Source of the DNA: Cladosporium halotolerans
Lineage: Eukaryota
DNA length: 64,000 bases
Reading direction: 5' to 3'
Assembly: GCF_011745625.1 (NCBI RefSeq)
Contig: NW_027191482.1
Span: 186,001 to 250,000 of the forward strand
Made by a program: the position numbers and the translations under genes
The notes under the pieces: model-generated
Seen by the model: the letters and a program-made list of their open reading frames with translations, nothing else
Databases searched by the model: none
What the model was told of the DNA's origin: nothing
Shown here: piece by piece, positions 25,539 to 36,100 of the stretch
Layout of the letters: each line of letters opens with the position of its first letter
Numbering within the stretch: position 1 is the stretch's first letter

Positions 25539-27655
25539 TCATTGCTTCTCATGATCATGTTTCGCTTCGGCGGGCGCCTCCTTCTCGGCAGGCGCCTGTC
25601 CTTCATCAAGAGACTTCTTACCCGGCTCCGAAGTCGCTCCATTTCCAAGCTCCGCAACTGTCGTAACGTGCGGCCGGTCATCCGAACTCGTGACAGCTGG
25701 CTTAGCAGCAGGACTCGGAGTAGCAGCCGGCGTCTCAGCCTTCGCCCTCCAACCCTGCTTCCTCTTCTCCGCCGCCCAAGTGCCCCAAGAGCTCAGGTAA
25801 GCCGAAGCCCGCTGGCTCGCAGCCTGCACATTAGCCTGCGCCTGCTGCATATCCGGCTTCGCGAAGCGGCCAGCCTGCTGCTGCTGAGGCGGCTTGTTCT
25901 CGTCCTCCGGCGCAGCAGCAGCGGCGGCCGCTCTGGCCTCCTCGCTGCGCTTGCGCTGCGCCTCGCGCATGACTTCGATGTCGGCCCAAACTTTGTTGAA
26001 CGCCGAGGTGACCTGGGTGCGGCCGGCGGCGAGGCGCTCGTTGACGACGTCGCGGGTCTGGTTGAAGCGCTCGTCGAGGTGCAGCTCGGAGACCTGGGCC
26101 GCGAGGCGGCGCTGAACGTCCTCGATCGTCAGGCCGCCGGCGCAGGGGTGGCGGGGCTCCACGATGTCGAACAGGTGGTCGTCGGTGAGGCGCTGCCAGA
26201 GCTTGTAGTTTTCGGTCTGTCGCCAGGCGTCTCTAAAGGTGGTGGCGAACTCTATTGAAGGGTCGCCTTCGACGTCGGCGAGGAGGGCTTTGGGGTCGCC
26301 GGCGTCCTGTTTGGTGATGTATTGGTGGTATTTCTCTGCGGAGAGGAATGCGACGAGGTATTCTTCGAATTGCAGGCGGATGAACTCTTCGCTGCCAGCG
26401 TAGCCGTGAGTCTTTGGTCGTGAGGGATCTGTCTCGTCCCAAGTATCATTCACCGCTTGTGTGAGGAAGTCCATCCATCTCCGATCTGCTGTGGAAAGTG
26501 TTGTTGCTTGTCGTAATGTTGGAGACAAAACGCTGACTGTATCTTCATCGAGGTTGATAAGTATATCGCAGTAACGCTCCTTTTGACTGAGGAGCAAGCT
26601 GTTGGTACTACCCAAGATGTAGCTCTTCGTGCCCTCGTCTGTCAAAGTGTCAAGTTGCTGAAGAGGCGTGTAAGGTCCAAACAGGCTTCCTTTTCCAAAG
26701 ATTTGCAATGGCAGACCCATGTAGGCAAGAAGTGAAGCTCGGTCGCTTGTCTTCACACTGTCCTGTGGTCTTGCATTCCGGGCATACTGGTCTAAATGTG
26801 GTGCTGCGCAGTCTTGCAGATTTCGAACGAGACCAGGTATGAGTGACAATAGCGAGAATTGGACTTGACAGACTTGCTCACAATGCGAGCCGAAGAACAG
26901 CATCTGTCGTCCCGTGTCAGCTCTGAACCGTATCCCACAATGTCCACAAGGGGTCTTTCAACTCACCTTCGGCTGCAAGAGCAAGCACTTGAACAACACC
27001 AGCGTCTGCCACTTATACGTATGCACGAGCTCCCTCAACGACAGCCCAAAGTACTGATCTCGCTCCTCCTCCGTCTGCTCAGCCTCGTGGACCAGGTTCT
27101 CCTGGAATCTCTACACCAACAAAGACGAGTCAGCACAAGCTCCTTGCATCCAGCACACAACACTGCCCACCTCCCCTCAACAACACTCAGCCCCACGGCA
27201 AACAGAACACCAAGTGCCGACCCACCTACCTCCAAAATCTCCACATCCCTAAAATCCCTCTGCGCAAACCAAGCCCTCGTGACTACACTCAGCTTCTCCC
27301 TCAGCCGCCCAAACTCCCCCGGGCGATCCGTCAGCGCAACGACAGCCTTCTGCACCGCGCTGCGCGTGACGTCCTCGCTCTTCCAAAGCAGCTTCGCGGC
27401 GTCCAGCTGCTGCGTGCAGCTGATCCCAAACACGCTCTGCTCTTCCCCGGCCTCGGCTCCCTTCTGCACGAGCGTGAAGTAGCTGAACTCCTCCGTCAAG
27501 CTGTGCGCGCCGTCCGGCAGCGCCATGTAGGGGATCAGGCCCCAGTCATTGTCGGAGGCGGGGTCGCGGGCGGGCGGGGCGCCGATCCAGAGCTCGATTT
27601 CGGGGCCGCGGGCGTGGTGGAAGTCGACGACGCAGACGAGGGGCGTGAAGGGCAT
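25539..27655 (-). CDS. AVL9: Late secretory pathway protein Avl9 (DENN-related), 3 exons
   Basis: CVVDFHHARGPEIE, ALPDGAH, FGISCTQQ, RSAVQKAVV, PYTPLQQL, GSEEFIRLQFEEY. Introns 27229-27111 and 26966-26904. Confidence 0.93.
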
Positions 27656-28458
27656 TTCTTTGGGACGGATAGTGGTGGTGGTGGCGGTCGAGGTCGGATT
27701 CGAGCGAGGGGGTGTGATGGGATGGGATCGGGGAGTAGCGCAACGGTTTGTCCGGATCAGCTTTCGGTGGGGGACTTCATGCTTCGTTTCGCTGGGCTGC
27801 TTGCTGTAGTGTAGTGTAAGGTGTTATTGTTGTGCGGCGAGAGGATGTTGGCGGGTGCGTTGGAGTCTGGGCGTTTGTGTAGAGAGTGGGGTGGGAGATC
27901 TTGGGTGCTCAAGGGAGGGGATCGGCGTCGACAGCGCATCCAGAGAGCTGGAAGCACGAAGCACTGCAAGTGGACGGACTGCGGTGAGGGTGTGAGGTCA
28001 GAGGGAGCCTTGGCGCATGCGATAGATGTACATGTTTTAAGGCACTATTGTACTGTGAATGCGATGCCGAAGATCCGAGGTCGGAACATGCGCTTCTTGA
28101 AACATGTGACTTTCGTGCATGGGAATTTGAACGAGCGGTATAGCGCTAATGGTATTTTCAATTCATCTAACACTCCTATCGGAGAGCTCGGCCGCCGCGG
28201 CGAAAGCCGAGATGCACACGCCTGTGACTGTCTGCCTTCGATTCCTCCCAGCATTCATGCCACCGCTTCCCCTTCCCTGAGTCACTCGTCTGCGCAAGGA
28301 AAAATAAATTCCAATGAATATCCCAGGCCCTAAGCATTGTGTACCTATCCCCTCGTATGCTTTTCCTAGGAATAATCGCCACGAGCTACATTCTCGCCAG
28401 GCATCGTTTGTCGGTCGTGTGATTTCGTTTTATGCTCTGCGAATTCGAATTCCGATCC

Positions 28459-29893
28459 TTATACTTGTCGAGGAATCTCGCCATGAGCCTCGGAGGCAGG
28501 GTCACCGTTTGTGTCCACGTTGTGGTAGTCAAGGATTTCGGAGTACCTAAAATTGTTGGTCAGTCGCAGCAAATAGATCAGATTTCAAATTTGCTCACAT
28601 CATGATTTTCCAAGTGTCAACAGGAAGATCGGCATCGTTGAAAGACCAGTCGAACTTCTCCTCAGCGACAGGCTCATCCGTAGGGTCGTGGTAGGGCGCA
28701 AGGTAGGGGTCGGCAAGAGCCTCGCCGGCCTTTATGCGGGTACGCGGGTCGAAGACCAGCATCTTCTCAAGAAGCTCAATGGCCTGCGGGTCTGCGTTCT
28801 TGAACTTGTTCTTCAGCGGCTGGCGCTCACGCTTGGGCAGAGACTGGACGAATCGGAGGGTGTTCTCGCTGCAGATGGTGCTGATAACATCGTCTGGCGG
28901 GGTACCCAGCAGTTCGGTGATGATGGAGAACTGGTTGACGTGGTCCTTGCCGGGGAAGAGGGGCTTGCCCTCGAGCATCTCGGCGAAAATGCAGCCAGCG
29001 CTCCAGATGTCCACCTCCACATCGTACTTTTGCCAGGTGAGCATGATCTCGGGGGCTCTGTAATATCTGGTCGAGACGTAGCCGGTCATCTGAGGGTCCT
29101 GGATACGCGCAAGACCGAAGTCGCAAATCTTCAAGTCGCAGTTTTCGTTGACAAGGATGTTGGAAGGCTTGAGGTCACGGTGGACGACACCAGCGGAGTG
29201 GACATATTTCAGACCACGCTATGCACGTTAGCCATGAGGTTGAGAAAAGGAGTGTGAATCTGAAGCGCTTACCAGGATCTGGTAGAGAAAGTACTGAATG
29301 AACTGCTTCTCAAGAGGGCGCGAAGTAAGGAGACGGTGAAGATCGGTTCCTAGGAGCTCGGTGACTGTGTACCTGTTAAGAGCTGGTAAGCCAAATGAGA
29401 CTGGGAAAAATCACCTACCAACATACATGTCCTCAAGAGGAGAGATAAAGATATCGCTAAGGCTGATGACCTGCAACATGTTTAGCGGGCATGCTCGAGG
29501 CTCTCAGGGGCGCGGTGCATCATCGTACGTTCTCATGGCGCAGGTGCTTCAGGAGCTTCAGTTCGCGGTATGTGCGCTTGGAAAGGACAGGCGTGCTGAA
29601 GGGCTTCATGATCTTCTTGACCGCGACAGCAGAGCCGGTGAGCTGGTCCTTGGCCGAACTGTACCGGGTGTGAGCACTTTTTCTCCCTCACTCCACTACG
29701 GCTGCGGATCTGCTTTGCAACTCACCACACAAGGCCGAAGGCGCCCATGCCCACGGGCTGAAGATCCGAGTATCTGAATCCTCCGTTAGCCCACGCTGTT
29801 GCCGCGGCGCCCGGCGTCGCGCTGATGCCGCCCGTACCTGCTCGTGATCTCGAAGGTGGTGCCGAAAATCTGGGCACGCACGAATTCCGCCAT
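28459..29893 (-). CDS. HOG1: HOG1/Sak1 stress-activated MAP kinase, multi-exon
   Basis: [19 protein letters not shown] start, [36 protein letters not shown] (TGY). The last exon is [10 protein letters not shown]...QV*. Confidence 0.98.
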
Positions 29894-32377
29894 TTTGAGT
29901 GAGGTGTGATGCTGTCAGGCCGCAATCGGTGGGTGGAGGGTGGTTGTTCGGCGCAGGAAGAAGCGCAAGGGTGGCGGGCTGGATTGAACGTTGGTGTTCC
30001 TCCGTAGCGGGGCGTAGTGGCGTAACGTAACCGCGTCGTCACTGGCCGGCTTTGCAGCTATCTGGGCAGAGCGAATGAGCCGGTATCCTCAACAGCGAGC
30101 ACGACGGAGAGGAGGAGGGAAAGCGAAGCAGTCAGGCGTAGGAGGGGTGCTGGCAGGAGGAAAACATTTGCGACGAACATGGGTGTGACAGGTCAGGCGT
30201 GGCAGCGGGATGCCGATCTCGTCCTGACGATCGCTGTGCCGGGTGGCGATGGGAGCTGCTGCTGGCCGCTTTGGGGTGGCTGACGAGACGAAGACGCACT
30301 CTACGTACGGCGCAGTGCGGCGGGGACGGTATGGTATGGGATGATGGGAGAGGAGGGGCACGAGCGAGGGATGAATGAGTCGGTGGGCAGTGGGCGAGGG
30401 GGAAAACAGCCCGCGGCACACATAGTGCTTCTGCGTCTCCGTCCACCAGCCTAACACCCTAACACCGCCATACTCGTCCGATCTCGATCGTGCAAGCGCC
30501 ACGCTCGGCTGCCATCCACGCATGCCACGCCGTCTTCACCAAAACTTGCCGCATCCCGCATTCACTAGCCACAACCATCGCCGCCCCGACCGCCCTGTGC
30601 TCCGTGGCCGCCGCGCGACTGGCAGCCGACTGGGCCCGCGATAGTGGCAGCGCGGGCATCATGACGTGTGTAGCATAGGCACGGGCATTTCAGCAGGCAC
30701 ATGCAAATCGTGACGAATTTGCGTTCAGGCGTCGGCCCTCCCTCCGAGCCATTCGCAACGACAGCGACTCGCGCTTCTGTTGGCAGCGGCAATTCGACGC
30801 CTGTCGTCGGGCAACAGTAGCGCAGATCGCGCGCAACTCTGCTTTGGCGGACTACCTAGGCACTGTAGCAGCCATTCTTGATGAGACAAGCGTTGCTGGT
30901 GGGACAGCCCGCCGCCCTCTCCACCGTCCACAGCGGCCGGTCGTTGCGCGAGGCCCATGGTCTAGATCCCGTCGTGCGAGTTTCGGTCTTCCTGGGGATG
31001 TGCCTCTCCACGACGGTGTTCGTCACATGGCATCCTTCAACCTCTCGAGGAACTATTCCCATACGTGTCTGCACTCTTGGGAAAGCGATAAATTTCCCCT
31101 ACCTGGGTGGAAACGGAAATACCATTCGGGGCCACGGCCTGCAGCCCGCTTTGTGGTGGCTCTAGATGCATCCCATTGATCCACCCGTGCCTCCATGCAT
31201 CTGCAGCACCCCGACACGTGAATCATGGTTGTTATTGTGACAAAGCCATTGAAGTCCTCCTTTGACTTCCCTCGTCTGGTCCTAAAAAGTTTCCCCATAG
31301 TCAAATGTCGGCCATAGCTAGTCCATCGATTTGGTCATCACGTGTAATAAGCACCTTGGGGTCAGCACTCAAGCTCTGGATATAACGTGACTTCGCACAT
31401 CGGTGTAGATGGTCATTCACATGATATGGACGGATATATTGTCATGTCGCTGACACAGGTGATATTGCCCTTTCTGGAAGTGATTGAAGACCTTGGCCCA
31501 AGTCCCTGTGCCCATACCAAGGGCAGCATCTACAATACATCCGCTCAATCCCACCAAGATACGTATCTCTGGTCAGTTTCCTCACAATTCCACACCTTAC
31601 AGCTCATAGTATCGGGAAGAAATTGCCGAAGACCTCACGGCACCATTGAGATGTTTGCTCCCTGAAAAAACACCATTAGGCTCTCGCGAGCGTCCATGCC
31701 AATTTAGCCGACTACCCCAACCCTAACCCTTAATCGCGTTCAACGCCAGATATACTGACCTCAGCATCAAAGCGGTTATATCTGATACTAAATCTGCTGT
31801 GTAAGTTTTGAGCGGATTCCAAACACTTTCAATGGTCCGGCGCAACTTTGTCTCTATTATCTGCAATGCTCCTGCATCCGACAGTGAGGACATTTAAGCT
31901 TTTCCACCAGCGCTGCTGTGAGAGATATGTAAATGTTGGAAATAGAACGACGGCCGCCGTATTCGTCGCCTTAGCATGTCCTGAACCTTCATGCTTGAAC
32001 TTGACAGGGTATCATTGCATTTCGGCTTTCTTCATCTAGAGTTTCAGGACAGATCCCGCGTAGGATGCCTGCCGTCTCGCAGCGCCTTTGTCCCAAGCAC
32101 ACTATTTTCCAGAGCCTCTTTGCTGCTGCGCTACGAATCATAATTGCTCGTCGCCCGCGCAGCATGCCATCCGGTATCGTGCTTTCTTCCGCGCTCAAAC
32201 CTGAACCACGTGAACCAACAGACGGCTCTCACGCCAACCCGGCGCGCGAACGGTCTCTCGCTCCTTCACCTCACCTGGAGCCCCGAAACCGCTCCTTCAT
32301 CGAATATCCATATCGGGTCGTCTCGTCTCGCGACCGTCGCCATGCGCAAATCCATTCGTTCCTCGCTCCCCCACTCT

Positions 32378-32697
32378 TTACCTCCCACCGCGGTTGTCCG
32401 CATCAATGCGGTCCAGCGCCTCGAGCATGACGACCGAGTTTCCGCGGATGACACACATGCCGAGGCGCGTCTTCTCGCCGCTGGGCTTGCTCTCGGTGGC
32501 CTCGTCGAGGACGATGTTGAGGAAGACGTCGTAGCCGCGCAGGGTGCCCATGACTTTGCGCGAGCCGTTGAGCTGCACTTCGACGCGCTTGTCGAGGTAC
32601 TGTTGTTTCGCTCTGTTAGCTTGGGGAGTATTGGGAGTGGAAGAGGGTTGGGCGGAGGTGGTGGTACCTTTTTGAGCTCGGGCTGTGGTTGAGGCAT
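32378..32697 (-). CDS. SMX2: Small nuclear ribonucleoprotein SmG
   Basis: PELKK|YLDKR, LNGSRKVMGTLRGYDVFLNIVLDE (Sm1), VIRGNSVVMLEAL (Sm2). Intron 32667-32600. Confidence 0.95.
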
Positions 32698-33176
32698 TGC
32701 GTGGGTTTTGTTTTGCTGTAGAGCGCGCGAAAGTTTGGTGGATTCGAATGTTCCTATGGATCGTGTAGGAGGATGACGAGTGGATTTCTAGAAGTTGGAA
32801 GGCTAGATTATGGTGGGATGCGCTTGATCGTGAGCGCGTAGTGTCGCCGTATGCGTTCGTTCAAAGTCCCGCGCCGGCCACTGAGCTTGAGCCGGCTCGG
32901 AAGGTGAGCCGCGACAAAATCACGTGCGCACCTCACGTTCACTTTCACATGAAGACGTCCAGCTAGCATACCTGTCATTCGATGGCTTCAACTTGCACTG
33001 TGTCCACTGTGCAACTTTTCACATTCAATTTATTGCTTTACTCCTCAGACATCAGTTTGACCCAAGATTGTCTCTCATTGGTGCATTAGAATACGATCCA
33101 CGGGACCAGGTGACGAATGTACAATAGCATGAAGATACACGACCCATAATTCCGTGGTCTACCAATCGATGCATCA

Positions 33177-36100
33177 TCAGGACAACTCATCCATGTCATC
33201 CTCCTCATCTGCCTGAACATCCCTCGCCATCACAAACCTCCGAGCAGACGACTGCAGCATCGGGCTCCCTCCCAAACTGCTTCTAGGGAGTGGCTCGAAT
33301 CTTTTCGAGCCGACCGAGCGCGCCACAAAGCTCGTTCGGCGGTCGTTGTCACGTTGCGGTGTTGCAATCATGGGGCTCCGCATGATCAAAGCGCTGTCTG
33401 AAAGGCGAGAAGACTTGACGTGAGGGTTTGGTTGCTCAACGTCGGCCTTCAGTCTGGCGGCGGACACGTTGGTGTTAGCCGTGGCAGGATCCTGTTCGAC
33501 GTCTGGATCGGAGCGGGTAGTCAGGCTGTTGGCTCTCTGAGCACCCGACCTTGTGCCGTCTGCCGGGGCTGCTGGGGTGAAGAAGCGCTCATAAGGATTC
33601 GTGCTTGGATTATCCACACCTGACCTAGGATTCTCGCAGGATTCTGCAAAAGTCCACGCTGAAGATCTAGAAGCAGCCGGGTCGACCTGACAGAAGTTGG
33701 GGTTGCTTTTGAGTTGGTAGCGGATACGGTGAGTCCACCTAGTCTCCGTATCGCGATAGAAAGGGTGATTCCGCCTTACCCACGCAAGAATCTCTCTGCC
33801 AGACATGCGTTTGTTTGGGCGAGAGTTTAATGCTGAGCTTATGACTTTAGCCCAGTCAAGCTTTGGCCGTTGCATCTCCTCGCCGCTGATTTCTTCGTCT
33901 TCTGATGCGGTTTCCGTTTGGTCGGCTGTTTCCTGATATGAGCAGTCGGAATCGCTGTCGGCGACTTCAGAATCGCTGATCCGCTTTGACCGTCCTGACC
34001 ATCTCTTTCCTTTGGCCCCACGAGATTGAGCAAGCTTGGGCTGCTTGACTGAGTCTGGTGCGGTCTTTGTGAATCGCTCGTTCGTTCCGTCAGTCGCAAT
34101 TATCTCCAGACTTGGCTCTTGGTTCTTGATATCGTGGCCGGTATTGTAGTAATATGGCGCTGCATGTGCATTACCCACATTAGTATTCTCCTTGTCCGAA
34201 CATGGATGATTCTCTTCAAGCGTCAATTGATTCGGTCCAAGGAAATAGGGCATAGCTCCGTGGCTAGATCTTGCGGGCGTGTCGTACACTGCTCCAAGAT
34301 TAGGAAACGGGGAGCGCCTTTCGTCCTGCTCCGGCGTGCAGCGGTCGATCGGCGCGGGTGGAGGAGGGCGTGATCTCACATTCCCTGGTTCAGTTGGAAC
34401 GGATGAAGCAGATGTGTCCCCCTCCGTTCCGACATCTTGTGGCGGAGTTGATACGAATTCGGAAGCAGTAAGATCATCCTTGTCTAGAGCCGCTTGCATG
34501 TCTTGCATGGTACGTTCAAGAGACGCGAGCTGATCGTCATCAGTCACATGCATCTCGTCTGCGTGCGCACCAAAACCGACAGCATAGGCGATATTGGTCT
34601 GAGCATCTTTTTGTAAGCTCTGCCTAGAAGGATTGTCTGAGTCTGGTTGTTCGTTCCATATTCCCATATTGTTCAGTGGCTTTCTGAATGCCTCGCTAGT
34701 GGCCCTACCAGGTATCTCTTGGAGCGTCGACTCGGGGCGTGTTGGCGCCTCGCGATCGTTGGACGCCCCTCTCGTCGAGTTCTTCAAAGCCTTTCGAAGT
34801 AAGGGGACCGACCAGCGTGATGTCTTTTCGGCGATATGCGCCGGTAGAACTCTCTTCTGCTTATTCGAACCAAGGATGGAGCCATAGTAGTGATTTTGGA
34901 CCGAACCTGGGGTCCGACCAGGAAGATGTTTGGCCATTTCTTCCCAAGACATTCCTTGTCCCTTGAAGAGAGCCACTTTCTCACTTTCTTCATCTGTGTA
35001 ACGCTGCCGAAATTTCGAGTCAGGGTCGGACTTCATGTTGTCTGCCTCTACTTTGGCTGAAGCCGCTTTACCGACGATGACATCGTAGTATCTATCGGTG
35101 ACAGACTGGCTCGTGTGTTGATTACTGGAAGGCAAACGTGCGGCAATCTCGGCCCAGCTCATCCTCTCTTTTTCGCGAGCTTTCTTGATGAATTTGTCCT
35201 GCTCGGGAGTAAAGGCAAGCGTCAGAGTTTCCGCCTGGTCTGAGTCATTTGTTGATACCTTTTGGCTTTCGGTCGTGGAGGCACATGCTTCTTTATTGGC
35301 AGTCGTGTGTAAGACCTCATTCACTGTTCCGTCTTCTTCCGACGGAGCGTCTGTAGAAGACTTAGCGCCTGGAGGATTCGGCGAGACAGGGGGCGCGTCT
35401 TGCGTCCTCTGAGCTTGGTGTACGGTGCGACGCTGTTTGGCTTTGAGCACATTTTCTGCTGATTGATTGCGCCGCGGAGGCGTCGGCTTGATAGCTTTGT
35501 TGGCAAAGATCTCATTTGCGGGAATCTGTCGAGTCGTAAAAGGATCTCTAGGTCCGGGCCAGGGAGGCATGGGTTGAATTGGCCTTGGACCTTTGCGCGC
35601 AGGCTGGAAAGGTAAAGGGCCCTTGCTTGACGGCTGTGTGGTGTTCCAGGCGGACGGACCGACCTGTGCCGGGTTAAGAGGATGAGACCTTGGGTAGATG
35701 GGGCCTGCAGGTGTTTGGGGTACCGGATTCGCTTGCAATGGGGCGCCAGAAGCAACACCGCTGCTGTTGTTTGTCCAGATCTCGCGCTGATTGATTGCTT
35801 CAACGAGAATGGCGGGTCCAGAGTGCGGCGGAGGCGGCATGGGCAGGTGACTGTGGAGATCACGCTGACCATTGTCATTTCCGTCAGTGGTGTCTTCTCG
35901 AGAGTTCAGAGTCGAATTGCGCTCTGATGCCATCCCGACGAGAGCGGAAGAGTCATGAGAGAATCGCTTATCCCCTGCCCTAAGGTGACTGTACCGACGA
36001 TGGAGAGACTCTTCGTCTCTTCCAATCAGGTAGTCTGTCATCTCTGCGAATGACATACCCTCCTCCTCTTTCATTTGAAGAATCAACTCGTCTTCTTCTT

